Positions 27,101 through 39,608 of a DNA stretch of 64,000 nt are shown piece after piece. Source of the DNA: Euglena gracilis. Taxonomy: Eukaryota. A program made the position numbers and the translations under genes. Where the stretch lies: positions 11,216,716 to 11,280,715 of the forward strand of contig CP154954.1 in NCBI GenBank assembly GCA_039621445.1. The letters run 5' to 3'. Every line of letters begins with the position of its first letter. The first letter of the stretch is position 1. Under the pieces are notes generated by a model. The model was not told where the DNA came from and did not search any database. It was given only the letters and a program-made list of their open reading frames with translations.

Positions 27101-29906
27101 AAAATCATTTTGAAAAATGAACCCCAAACATGTGATTTTTTGATGGAAAACCACATTTTTTTTCACAAAAAAATCTCAAAAATTTCAGGGTTAAAAATTG
27201 GTAGTTTTCAGGAGGGGGGTGAAAAAAATGCAGGTCAAAAAAAAAGTGGACCAAATTTTGACACAGTCAAATTTTACTGACTTTTTTTCTCTTTGAATTT
27301 TTTTGGACTTTCAATGGCATTTTTTTTGCTTCAAAAACCTCTCAAAATCAATGTTGAATTTTGGAAGGTGTGAAAAAATGGGGTTTTGAGGGGGTTTTGG
27401 AGGGACCTCCCATATGGGTCCCAAAATGGGTCAAAAAAACACCTGGCGCCGGAAAGTTTTGGGTCCAAAAATTGGTGCTCCCGGAAATACGGTCAGAATC
27501 CGGTGAAAATGCTGTGGTGGGTGGGGGGGTTGACCCCAGGGTTCGACATAAGGAGGGCGTACATGGTTTAGGTGGCGGGGTGTCCCCCCACCCCCCCCCC
27601 CCCCCCCCCCCTACTGGCCCGCAGGGGGGTCCAGACCGACCTGGGACCCCCCCCCAAAAGGTCAATTTCTTCCTCCGGCGCTTCGCGCCAGAGTTTTTGG
27701 TAATTTTCTGCCATTGACCTGATGAAAAAACACAATGTGCTGCTTGCTCTTTGATTTCGCTGGATGTCAAATTTTTGGCCCGGCGCTTCGCACCGGGCCG
27801 AAAATCGGTCACCCGGACCACGTTTAGGTGGGGGGGGGTCCGGACCACCCCCCCCCACCTGTCCTTATATCGAACCCTGGTCGACCCCCCCCACCAGGCC
27901 CTCCTGTTCTGCCCTGCCAGAGGGCCACCGTAAGAGGTGCGGTTGGCCTTCTCCCCCCCCCCCTAGTTGTACGACCACCCCTCATTTACGACCCCCCCCC
28001 CGGTCCGCGTATCGGGGTGCATTAGGGAGCGCGACTCGGCCATCCTTACCTTGCACACATAAGACTACATTCATTACGGAGCGCGACTCGGCCATCATTG
28101 CCTTGCACACACAAGGGGATTTTGTTATTTTGGGGGGGTCCAGGGGGGGCGGCAGCCCCCCCCCCCCCCGGAGGCCGTAGGCCGACTAAGTTCGCGTATA
28201 TTGCAAATTAACCACAAAAATTGAACCCCGAATGGAAATTTTGGAAAATATTTGGAAAAAAATTTTGGAGGGGGGGGGCTTAAAAAATATTTAGAGGGGG
28301 GGGTGGACTTAAAATTGGTGGTCGGCCCGACCACCAATGGTCAGTAGACTTGGTCGCTAGCGACCGGTCGCTAGCGACCACCAAAAGTTCCATGGCCAAT
28401 AATCCGCAATGAGCCGGGGGCTTAAAAGTCGGCGAGACTGACCCGTAACTACATTAGAGTGGGTGGTCGGCCGACTAGTCGGCCGACCACCCAGAACCCC
28501 CCCCCCAGTCTACCGTTTGGCACTGTCATAACACCCCCATAACCGGCAACCTGTGACCGGGGGGTGGTCGTAAATGAGGTGGCGGTCATAGGTGAGGTGG
28601 GGTTAAGTTTTTCACAACCTGCAACCTGTGACCGGGGGTGGTCATAACACCCCCATGACCTGCAACCTGTCCCCTTCGAAAAAGTTTTTAAGCCCCCCCC
28701 TCGAAAAAATTTTTTTTCAAATTTGGAGGAAAATGACTCAAAACCCACCCAAATGCCTTCCAAACCCTCCATTCGGGGGTCAATTTGCAAAAAAAATTGA
28801 GTAATATCTTCTCTTTGCACCTGTTCTGTGAAACCATAGCCATAGTGTGACTTTATCCTTACCTTGCACACATAAGACTACATTCATTACGGAGCGACTC
28901 GGCCATCCTTGCCTTGCACACACAAGGGGATTTTGTTATTTTGGGGGGGGGGGGGGGGGGGGCCGGGGGGGGGGGGGCCCCCCCCCCCCCCCCGGAGGAG
29001 GCCGTAGGCCGACTAAGGGGTGGACTTACAATTGGTGGTCGGAGCTACAGGTCGCTCCGTCCACCAATGGTCCCTAGCGACCCTAGCGACCGGTCGCTAG
29101 CGACCCCCAACAGTTCCATGGCCAATTTTCCGCTCGGAGCCTAAGCCCCCCCCCTGTGAAAAAATTTTTGTCCAAATCACCTCAACACCAGTCAAAACCC
29201 ACCCAATTGGCTCCAGAACCCCCCAATCGGGGGTGAATATGCAAAAAACTGGGTGCAAAATGTCCATTTTGGGCCACTCTTGGCAAAAGAACACCTTTCC
29301 CCGTTGTATGTTGCCAACGTAGAAGGGATTTTGTTATTTGAGGGGGGGGTGCGGGGGGGGGGCGGAGCCCTGCCCGCCTATGCCAAAGTGAGCCACAAAA
29401 AGGACTTACCCCCGGAGTATGTTGCCAACGCAGAAGGGATTTTGTTATTTGAGGGGGGGGGTGCGGGGGGGGGCGGAGCCCCCCCCCCCGCCTATGCCAA
29501 AGTGAGCCACAAAATGATTTAGCCCCCGAGTATGATGCCAACACATGTTCCTGTTGGTGTAAGGCACTTATTTGGACCCATCCGGACCATTTCGGGGTGG
29601 TTTGGACCCGCCACAGACCATTTTTATGACCACCGACTAGCCACCGACTAGTTTGCATACAATTTTCTTCTAAAAAGTTGGCGAGACTGGCCCGTAACTG
29701 CATTAGAGTGGGTGGTCGGCCGACTAGTCAGCCGACCACCCAGGACCCCCACCCCCCCGCTTTCTCGCCGACTAGCTGCCGGCAGCTAGTCGGCGACTGG
29801 TCGGCAGCTAGTCGGCCGACCAGTTGGGTGGTCGGCCGACCACCCAGGACCCCACCCCCCAGTCTACCGCCTAGGACTGTGTTATGACCCCCCCCGGTCA
29901 CAGGTT

Positions 29907-30560
29907 CAAGGTTGACGGCTAGTCTTTTTTCCAAACAAAAAAACATGTTTTTTTAAAAAAAAATATGTTTTTTTTAAAAAAAACAAAAAAACGTCATGGA
30001 GGAGGGTTTGGGGGAAAATTTTTTGCAATGTTTTTTTTTGGGAAAAGTGCATTTTTTATCTCAACAACATTCATTTTTTTGGGTTGAAATCATAAATTTT
30101 TGCACTAGAAAACCCAGATTTGAAAATACTTTCAAACATTTAAAAAAAAAAACTTCACAGGGGTGTTCCCCCCATGACCCCCCTCCCCCAACCCGACCTA
30201 AGACCCGTTTCAGCCATTTTTTCTGAAAAACTTGGCCGGTGATGCCTAATTTGACAAAATATTCCGGTAGATTTCCTAATTTTCGTTTGGGAGATTCCTA
30301 TTTTGGAGCCTAAAAAGGATTTTTCCCAAAAATTCGTTTTCGGTGATTTCTAATCTGGCCACCGAAAATGTGACACCCCCCTCGTGACCCCCCCCCCTGT
30401 GACCCCCTCGTGACCCGAACCACCCGCGAAAAATTTTCTTCAAAAAAATGATCATTTTGCAAGGAAAAAGGTCAATTTTTGCTTTTTTTATAAAACATGT
30501 TTTTTTGCGTTTTTTTTAAAAAAAAACATTTTTTTTTATATAAAAAAAACGTCAACCCTG
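29907..30560. mobile_element. hAT-like MITE
   Basis: TIR CAAGGTTGACG / CGTCAACCCTG; perfect 8-bp TSD CACAGGTT. Confidence 0.88.
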
Positions 30561-30828
30561 CACAGGTTGCAGGAACCTGGTCATATGACTAGGGGGGGGG
30601 TAGTCTTTTTTTGAATTGGGCCAAATTTTGACAAATTGCCCTGTTTCTCAATGTTCAGGATAGCAAATCCCCTTTTGGGCCGAAGGGTCGGTGGGCTTTA
30701 TTTTTCTTCACCCCTGTTCATCTGCCGCCTTTGGGTTTCCTTCTGTGTGCCAAGGTACAGCAGGGCCATGTGCAAACCCTACCCCCAGGGTTGGATGGGC
30801 AGCCCTTCGGTATTGAGGTAGGTGGTAG

Positions 30829-31145
30829 CAGGGATTTTTTTTAAGTTTGGACCCCCGGGGGGGGGGAGGGGGGGGTAGGGTGGGTGGGCCCGCCGGACCC
30901 CCTCCCCCCCCTCGGGGGGGGGGTCCCCCTCGGAGGGGGGTGGGATATACTTTTCGGCGCCGCAGGCGCCGAAAAAAATCTATTTTTAGCACTTTTCGCG
31001 ATTTTTCAGCCATTTTTTGTGGGTCCCCCCCCCCCCGGGACCCCCTCCCCCCCCCCCCCCCCCGGGGGGGGGGGCCGGGGGGGGGGGGGGTGGGGGGGGG
31101 GGGGGCCCCCCGCGCCCCCCCCCCGGGCTTAAAAAAAAGCCCCTG
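30829..31145. mobile_element. hAT-like MITE
   Basis: TIR CAGGGATTTTTTTTAAG / CTTAAAAAAAAAGCCCCTG; perfect 8-bp TSD GGTGGTAG. Confidence 0.88.
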
Positions 31146-34100
31146 GGTGGTAGGGGGGGGGTCGCTGAGCTCTTATCCCTTTATGGGTAAGAGCGAAGCT
31201 CACCCCTGGGGGAAAACCCCCCCGAACCCCCCCCCCTCCCCCCCCTCGGGGCCACCTCGGGGCTCTGTGCGGATTTCCGGAGGTGGTCGCTGTGGAGGTC
31301 GGCCCGACCATGGTCGGGCCGACCATGGTCGGCCCGACCTGTGGAGGTGGTCGACCGACCTGTGGAGGTCGGGCCGACCACCATTTTTTTGCACTACCCC
31401 CCCCCCCTTTTTTGCATTTTTAAGCCCCCCCCCCTGGTCGGTGGGTGGTCGGTGGGCATAAAAATGGTCTGTGGCGGCCCCAAATCACCCGGAAATGCAC
31501 TTATGGCCAGTTCTCCCCCCCCAGGACCATGTCCTGGGGGGGTCCTGGGGGCGGTCCTGGGGGGGGTCCTTCGGAGGGTGCTGGGGGGTCCTGGGGGGGT
31601 GCTGTGGGGGGTCCTTGGTGGGTCCCGCATTTTTTGGCAGAAATTTTGCAGCACAAGTTCAGGTTATTCTAAAGTGGGTACCGCCCCCCGGTGGGTCCTG
31701 GGGGGGTCCTAGGGGGGAAACTGGCCATGACTCTCACGAGATGGTCGGTAGCTAGTTGGCGAGAGGGGTGGGGGGGTGGGAGAGGGGTGGGGGGGGGTGT
31801 TGGGTAGTTGGCCGACTGGTTGGTCAGAATTGCAGCAGCCTACGGCTGTTGCGGTGGCCCTTGGCCGCTGCGCGGCCTTCGACCAGGAGGCCTTCGTGGC
31901 GCATGGCAGTAGACTGGGGGGTGGGGGGGGGAGTCGGCCGACTAATGGTCGGTAGCTAGTTGGCGAGACGGGGTAGGTAGGGTATTTGGTAGTCTGACTA
32001 CCCACTCTAATGTACTAACGGGTCAGTACCGCCGACATTTAAGTCCCCCTGAAGAAAATCCCATGCAAACAGGTCGGTGGCTGGTCGGTGGTCATAAACA
32101 TCGTCTGTGGCGGGCCCAAATCACCCGGAAATGGTCCGGATGGGTCCAAATAAGTGTCTTACACCAACATAAACACCCCCAGATGGAAATCTTTGGACGG
32201 TGGGGGGTCGGTGGACCCTTGATGGGGGCCCGGAGGGGTAAAAAAACAATGATGAAACAGGGATTACATGAAAATCCTTTAGAAATGCAAGCATTCTGCA
32301 TCACGAGAGGCAGGAAACTCCTCCCTCCACCCCCATCCGAACATCAAATAACAAAATCCCTTCTGAGTTGGCAACATACTCGGGGGATAAGTTGTTTTTG
32401 TGGCTCACTTTTTTCATAGGCGGGGGGGGCTCTGCCCCCCCCCGCACCCCCCCCCTCAAATAACAAAATCCCCTCTATGTTGGCAACGTACTTGAAGGGC
32501 TAAATCCTTTTTGTACAAAATTTTGCAATTATATTGAAAATCCGATGGGGAGAGGTGTTCTTTTGCCAAAAGTGGCCCAAAATGGGCAATTCCCCCCCAC
32601 GTTTTTGCATATTCACCCCCGATTGGGGGGTTCTGGAGCCATTTAAGTGGGTTTTGAGTGGTGGTGGGGTGATTTGGACAAAAAAAATTACAGGGGGGAG
32701 CTTAAATCAGAAAGGGGGGCGGGGGGGGGGGGGGGGGGGCGTGTCGTGCAAAAAAAATGGAGGTCGGGCCGACCAGGTCGGCCCGACCGCGACAGGTGGA
32801 TAAGGTCGAGGCGACCATTGGTCGTAAAATGGCCTTAGACCATGGAGAGGTCGGGGGGAAAAGCCGACCATGGCCTACGTCAGCCGGGGGGCCGACGCTT
32901 TCGGCCCTACCTCCCAGCGGGGACGCGGAGATGGGGGGGGAGGGAAGGCAGTGGCAAGGAGAGAGTCCGTAAAAAAAAGAGTCTCCCAGCGACCACCTCC
33001 GGAAATCCGCTCGGGCCCCACCTCGGGATCCGGCGGATTATCACCATGATCCCGGCCCCGTTCCCGAAATTTTTTTTTCAGTCGCGAGCGACTGGATTTC
33101 TAGTTTCCGAATCACCTGGGTTTGACCCCCAACTCCCCGCCAGGCCCGAGTTATTCACGCGCGAAGGGGTCCAAACTGGGTAGGATCGGCCCGCCCCCCT
33201 TTTTAAGCCCCCCCCTTTGGACTCTGCCATTTCGGCCAAAAAAAATGTCAATTTTCAAAATATCTCCAAAATGAAGCAAAATCAAAGGAAATGTCCGGAG
33301 ACCTAATTTGAAGCCCTTGGAACGCCCCATCTACTGGTATTTTGATTTCCCCGCAACTCCCCGCCTAGCCCGAGATACGGCCGTTTTCGGCGCAGATGGC
33401 CGTTTTGTACATTTTTCCCACTGTTCGACTTAGCCGTTTTCGGGGGGTGGGGGGTCAAAAAATCGATGTTTTCAACATTTCTCGAAAATGATGCAAAATC
33501 AAAGGAAATGTCCGGAGACCTAAATTGAAGCCCTTGGAACGCTCTATCTACTGGGATTTTGGTTTCCCCGCAACTCCCCGCCCAGCCCGAGATACGGGCG
33601 TTTTTTTGGCCAATTTAGGCCATTTTAGGCCATTTTGTACACTTTTCCCGCTGTTCGATTTAGCCGTTTTCGGCCAAAAAAGTCGAAAAAAATCGAAAAA
33701 TATTTTTTTGCCCGAAACGATGTTTTTTGGCCTCCCGGACCCAGAAAAAACTGTTTTTGAGCCGAAAACGAGCGTTTTTCGACCCACCAGCGCCCCGTTT
33801 TGGGCTGCCGACCCATTGACTTTGGGTCAAAACCGGGTCAAAAAAGTGGAAATTTTTAGTAATTTAAGTAATTATTTCTGTATGTGCGAAATGGGATTTT
33901 TCTCGATTTTCGGTATCTTTCTGGTGATACGTTGGTTTTTGAGGGTGGGTGGGCGAGGGCCGCTGGACCTGTTGTTCCAAACTTCCAACAGGTCGGTCTG
34001 ACCTCAGGTTGGCTGGCGGGCAGACCAGGCCAGGGCGTCGCTAAAGCCGAAGGGGACCCCATGCCCCAGGGGGTTCCGCCCGGCCAGTCTTTTTCCATCC

Positions 34101-34351
34101 CTGGACCCCCATCCCCCACCCCATCGACGAGAATATTTTCCAGCCTCTGAGCTGGACCCCCTTGGGGAGTCGCAAAGCAACGCGGGGGGGGGGGTTGATG
34201 CAGGGCATCCTCATTGACCACGAGAGGTCAGCCCAACCACCAAAACCGCCACGGCCAAAAATCCACCCAGGGTGCTCTGAGACACCCCAGCCTGTCCTCC
34301 ATTTCCTTGTCTTCTTACCTGGCATTGAAAACGGGCCGAAATTCTTCCACT

Positions 34352-34424
34352 GGTCTTGATTCCACTTGTGTTTGTGATCCTCAGACTGTGGTCACGCCCT
34401 TTGATCCTGGCCATCATTTGCCAG
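34352..34424 (+). CDS. Exon 2 of the claudin/amastin-like gene
   Basis: VLIPLVFVILRLWSRPLILAIICQ, in frame with exons 1 and 3. Confidence 0.78.
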
Positions 34425-35326
34425 GTCCAGGCATTTTCTGAAGTCAGGATGTCCCACCCGCCATTGGCAGCACTTTCTCTGTGCGGATTTCCACGGATCC
34501 TCACTGGGTGGGGCGCAAGGTTGACATTTTTTTTTAAAAAGAAAGCAAAAAAAAGCTTTTTTCCCAAAAGAAAACACACCAAAAAGCAAAATGCAAAAAT
34601 GAAAAATTTGCATTTGAATGCATTTGAAAATGCAAAAATTTTTTGTTTTTTTTCGTTGAAGAACGCCAATTCTAAAAAAACCCTCAAAAATGTGTTTTTT
34701 TTTGGAAATTGACAAAAAATGCTTTTTTGGTCAAATTGGGGAAATTCACCCGTTTAGGTCAGTGGATTTCCATTCAGGCTCAGTCGATTTCCAAGACACT
34801 GAAATCTGTTGTTGGTAAGATTCGGAATTTGGAGTGAAATTTTGGATTTCCACCTTTTTTCGACATTTTTTTGGTTGTGCGGGGTTATGGAAGCGTTTTG
34901 GACCAGACAATGGCTAAATCTTGCAGTCAGATGGCCCCAAGCGGATTTCCGGTGGTCGTCCTTGTGGTGGTCGGCCCGACCACCATTTTTTTGCACTACC
35001 CCCCCCCCCCTTTCTGGAGATTTAAGCCCCCCCCTCTGAAAAACTTTTGTCCAAATCACCCCAACACCAGTCAAAACCCACTTAAATGGCTCCAGAACCC
35101 CCCAATCGGGGATGAATATGCAAAAACTTGGGGGGAAAATGCCCATTTTGGGCCACTTTTGGCAAAAGAACACTTCTCCCCATCGGATTTTCAATATAAT
35201 TGCAAAATTCTGCACAAAAAGGATTTATCCCTCCAAGTATGTTGCCAACATTAGGGGATTTTGTTATCTGAGGGGGGGGTGCGGGGGGGGGGGCGGACTC
35301 AGCCCAGCCCACCCCCCCCCCCCCCC

Positions 35327-35366
<40 letters not shown>

Positions 35367-37911
35367 GGGGGGGGGGTCCAGCCAGCAGCTCAAATCCAGC
35401 CAGCAGCCTTTTTGCCAGCCGGAGGCTGGACTCCCCCCCCCCCGCAAACGAGGCGGTGGCTAGTCGGTGGTCATAAAAATGGTCTGTGGCGGGCCCAAAT
35501 CACCCGGAAATGGTCCGGATGGGTCCAAATAAATGTCTTACACCAACATAAACACCCCCAGATGGAAATCTTTGGTCGGTGGGGGTCGGTGGGCCCTTGA
35601 TGAGGGGTAAAAAACCAATGATGAAACGGGGATTACATGAAAATCCTTTAGAAATGCAAGCATTCTGCATCAGGGAATTTCTTAAGGTTTTTCTTCATAG
35701 ATTTAAATGTCGGCGGTAGTGACCCGTTAGTACATTAGAGTGGGTAGTCGGCCGACTACCCAATACCACCCCCCCCCACCCCGTCTCGCCGACTAGCTAC
35801 CGACCATTAGTCGGCCGACTCCCCCCCCCCCCAGTCTACCGCCATGCGCCCCGAAGGCCGCCTGGCCGAAGGCCGAAGGCCGCGCAGCGGCCGAAGGCCG
35901 CTGCAGTTTCAGAACCTGATCAGTTGATGATGTTATTTAAAGGCGTAGGGTTAGGGTCAAGTTTCCATTCCTAACTGTCCCATCCCATCCCCTCAACGTC
36001 GTTCAATTGGTGTCTGCAGGGGACCCAGCGAACCCAAAGAGGCGCCCAACTAGGGTTAAAAACATTGGGGGACCCGAGCGAGGCGCCGAAGGCGCCGAGC
36101 GAGGGTCCCCCAATGTGTATTAACCCTAGTTGGGCCTCTTTGGGGTAGCTGGTCCCCTGCAGGCACCAATTTATCACGCATCAGTCACCGCCCCCTCAAC
36201 TGGTCGATCGACCCTTCAACTACTTGGTGGCAGGCTGGAGGGGGGGCTGGCTAGTCGGCTGACTAGCCAATTGGTCGGCCGACCGACCACGCCAATTGGT
36301 CGGTCGGCCCAGTCGGCAGCGAGTCGGCGAGACAGGGGGGGGGAGCCAGTTGGCCGACTAGTCGGCGAAATACCCACTCTAATGTGCTGGTGAGTCAACC
36401 GCCGACTTTTAAGCCCCCCCCCCCCATGAAAAAAAACTTCGGATGGGGGTGGAGGGGGGAGTTTTCTGCCTCTCGTAAGAGTCATGGCCAGTCCCCCCCC
36501 CCCCAGGACCCCCCCAGGACCCACCGGGGGGGCGGTACCCATTTCAAAGAAACCTGAATTTGTGCTGCAAAATTTCTGCCAAAAAGTTGTGGGACCCACC
36601 CAGGACCCCCCCCCCCCAGCACCCCCCCAGGACCCTCCAAAGGACCCCCCCCCCAGGACCGCCCCAGGACAGGGTCCTGGGGGGGGAACTGGCCACAAGT
36701 GCATTTCCGGGTGATTTGGGCCGGCCACAGACCATCTTTATGCCCACCGACTAGCCACCGACCAGGGGGGGGGGGGGCTTAAAAATGCAAAAAAGGGGGG
36801 GGTATTGCGGGAAAATGGTGGTCGGCCCGACCACCACAGGTCGGGCCGACCATGGTCGGCCCGACCACCACGACGGCGACCACCGGAAATCCGCACGGAG
36901 CCAGATGTCACAACTGGCTAACAGGCCGAAGTTAGGATGTCCGTTTCATTTTCTGGAACTTCAGAATAAGCATTCTGTACAATTTGGCCAGATTCCGTTG
37001 TCATCGCTGGACGCCTGATCAGGCTGTATTTTAGTCGGGTGCCGACCACACCCAGGGGTGGGGGGTGCCTGCCTGCGCAGGCACAACCCCGGCGCGGGGA
37101 GCCAAAAATAGCCTGTTTTCAAAGGAATGTGCCTGGGCACAGGCCGAAATCCGACCCCCCCCCGGGGGGGTAGTGCCTGCCTGTGCAGGCACTCCGACCC
37201 CCCCCCTCCCCCCCCCCCGGGGTTGCTAAAAAACAGCCTGCGCCTGATGAGAAGCTTTCAATCGGGGGTGTTTTGGCAACTGTTAAAACCTATTTCCATG
37301 GCCCGACGCCTGTCTTGAAATTCCACTGACATCAACGGATTTCAGGCTGAAATTGTTTATGTTGATCGCTTTCCAAGACGGCGCCCATTTATGTCGTTTG
37401 ATCAATTGATTGGCTTCGATTTCAGCAGAGGGCGCCGGGCGGCTTGCTTTGCTCGCTCGCACCCGGAGCCCCTGCTGAAACCGTTGGTGTCGGTCGATTT
37501 TTGAAACAGATGGATACAATCCCGATCGTCTAAATTCAGGAATTTCATCTTCATTGGTCAAGGAATTGGGGAAATCTGGATATTGCCAAAAAGGCACAAA
37601 ATGGAACAAAACGGCGTTCTTAAAAATGAAAACAAGAAAGGTTGGTCGATTCCCAAGGCATCGGAATCCGTTTACGTCAGTTGATTTCCATTCAGGCGGC
37701 TGTTAATGGGCCAAAAAACCACTTTTTTGGCTATTCCGATGTCTTTGAAATTGACCAACCTTTTTATGACGTTTTGTTCCATTTTTGGCAACATCTAGAT
37801 TTCCCCAAATTCTTGACCAACGAAACTGAAATTTCTGATTAAAATAATTTAAGACTGAATTTTGTTCATCCCAATGGTCAAGGGGTTGTTGTTCAGAAAG
37901 GGCCTGGCCGG
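34425..37911 (+). other. Nonconventional/intermediate intron 2 (3,487 nt; GT 5' end, non-AG 3' end)
   Basis: GTC CAGGCATTTTCTGAA ... TTCAGAAAGGGCCTG GCCGG|GTG. CAG at +4..+6, CTG at -8..-6, 14 of 15 positions pair. Confidence 0.8.
37020..37240. mobile_element. hAT-like MITE
   Basis: TIR CAGGCTGTATTTTAG / CTAAAAAACAGCCTG; perfect 8-bp TSD CGCCTGAT. Confidence 0.9.
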
Positions 37912-38097
37912 GTGTTCATCATCATGGTACCTGCCTCCTGCATCTGCTCCTATTCTGTCTTCATCGCGTATGCCGAAATGACCTGCCACGCCAATAGTAT
38001 TTTCCCAACGCATGGCTACTCTTATGGGTTCATCCTGCTTGTCTTCTCCTCTGCCCTTTCGCTTGGAGCCACTGCGACTGGCTTTTTGGGCATCAGG
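37912..38097 (+). CDS. Exon 3 (TM3-loop-TM4)
   Basis: VFIIMVPASCICSYSVFIAY...GYSYGFILLVFSSALSLGATATGFLGIR; GYSYGF resembles the start of TM4 in the claudin superfamily. Confidence 0.82.
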
Positions 38098-38309
38098 GAT
38101 CAGGGAATTGGACAGCATTAAGGTGCTGCACAGGCCTTTTTTTTGCTCGGCATGCATCTCAGAACATTTTGTTCTGCTGTTGTGTTTTTTTTGAGAGTTC
38201 AAAAATCAAGAATTCAAGGATTTATATTCCCACTTTTTTTTAAAAGGTTGCTTAAATATATTTTTTTAATTGAGCTCATTATTTGCCAGTTGTCCAGCAC
38301 CCTGTTGCC
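38098..38309 (+). other. Nonconventional intron 3 (212 nt)
   Basis: GAT CAGGGAATTGGACAGC ... GTTGTCCAGCACCCTG TTGCC|AAG. CAG at +4, CTG at -8, paired ends, in-frame join GIR|KLKKY. Confidence 0.85.
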
Positions 38310-38474
38310 AAGCTGAAGAAGTACCAGCTGCTTGATCTCGATGTGAAGGAGAAGGAGTTCTATGTGGATGGGCAGGAGGTCCCGTTTGACGGGGTGTACG
38401 AGGAGTACAACCCGCATGCTGCCCCGACCCCCGTTCCGACCACCGACTCTCCGCACCACGTGGTTCTCTACTGA
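38310..38474 (+). CDS. Exon 4 (C-terminal tail)
   Basis: KLKKYQLLDLDVKEKEFYVDGQEVPFDGVYEEYNPHAAPTPVPTTDSPHHVVLY*. Confidence 0.82.
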   Translation, partial: KLKKYQLLDLDVKEKEFYVDGQEVPFDGVYEEYNPHAAPTPVPTTDSPHHVVLY

Positions 38475-38594
38475 TCAGCTCTCCAGCCTGCTGCTCCACC
38501 CTGTGCTTGACCAAGCCGCAGTGATGTGTCCTGTGAACGAGGAGTCTCTCAACTTTTGTGTTGTACCAAGAGCTCACGCCACACACTCAGGCGG

Positions 38595-38620
38595 CACGCG
38601 CACACACACGCACACGCACG

Positions 38621-38696
<76 letters not shown>
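38595..38696. repeat. (CA)n(GA)n compound microsatellite in the probable 3' UTR
   Basis: Directly visible. Confidence 0.95.
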
Positions 38697-39154
38697 CAGC
38701 ACAAAGTCCACAAACACACACACAGCACAAAGTCCACAAATACCAACCCAAAGTGCTCAGAAGAAAGAAGAGAAAAAAATGAAGATGGTTGGCGTTTTGT
38801 CCCTTGATTTAAATGCAAAGGAGGATTTGGACTTTTTTTGCGTGTTTTTGGGTCCTCGCCGTCCAGCTGCCGGCCGGACCTGGACCCCCCCCCCCTCCCC
38901 CAGGGGGGGATGTCCAGCCAGCACCTATTTCCCAGCTGGCGTGCAAGACCCCCTGGTCCTTGAAAAAGCCCCCGGTGGCCCGGAATTTTTTTTGGGTTTG
39001 GCCAAAACCCATTGGTTTTGAGTCATCTTTGGCCCAGTGGCCAGAGTGACCAACCCCCCCCCCCCGGGTTGTTGGTGCGTAGTGGACTGACTGGTTTTTT
39101 GAAAGTGGACAGTGACCCCTTGGGGGGGTTACGAAGCAATGGCATGGTTGGAAC

Positions 39155-39608
39155 CAGGCTGTATTTGGGTGCCGACCCCCACCCCGGGGGGGGGGGGGGC
39201 TGCCTGGGCAGGCACTCCAAATCCGACCCCCCTCCGGGGGGGAGGGCACTCGGCCAAAAGTGCCTACCAGGCACTCCGGCGCGGAAGGCTCCGGAAGGCT
39301 CAAAAAATGCCTATTTTCAAGGAAAATGGCCTTTTTTCTGAGGAAAGTTCCTGGGCACAGGCCGAAATCCGACCCGCCCCCCCCCCCCCGGAGGGGAGTA
39401 GGTCCCAGAAAATTTGGAATCCTCACTTTTGGTTACCTGGAGCCTCCAGGGAGGCTCCCTGGAGGCTGGTTACCTGAGCCTCCCTGGAGCCTCCGGCAGG
39501 TAACCTCCTCGACAGGATTCCATTTTTGCGGTTGACCCGTGCCTGCCTGGGCAGGCACTCGAGGGCACCCCGGACCCCCAGCCAGGGGTTGGCTAAACAA
39601 ACAGCCTG
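39155..39608. mobile_element. hAT-like MITE (same family as 37020-37240)
   Basis: TIR CAGGCTGT / ACAGCCTG; perfect 8-bp TSD GTTGGAAC. Confidence 0.9.

Larger units (their letters stand above)
14548..28542. repeat. Right arm of giant inverted repeat; co-linear with the rest of the host gene, so probably the native orientation
   Basis: GACTGTGGAGACA at 14548 is the reverse complement of 13681-13693. This arm contains exon 1 of the gene that continues at 34352-38474. Confidence 0.95.
24180..34351 (+). other. Nonconventional intron 1 (10,172 nt)
   Basis: CT|GAC AAGGGTTTCGGCTC ... GGGCCGAAATTCTT CCACT|G. 14-bp end pairing (with G-U) in the +4/-6 register, Y|R at both junctions, in-frame join ALL|VLIPLV. 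Confidence 0.75.
28543..36905. repeat. Dense nest of GC-homopolymer-rich MITE/fold-back repeats inside introns 1-2
   Basis: Recurrent GGTCGGCCGACC / GGTCGCTAGCGACC palindromes, GGTCACAGGTTGCAGG units, and inverted pairs such as 31270-31700 vs 36480-36900 and 32460-32790 vs 34960-35290. Confidence 0.85.
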
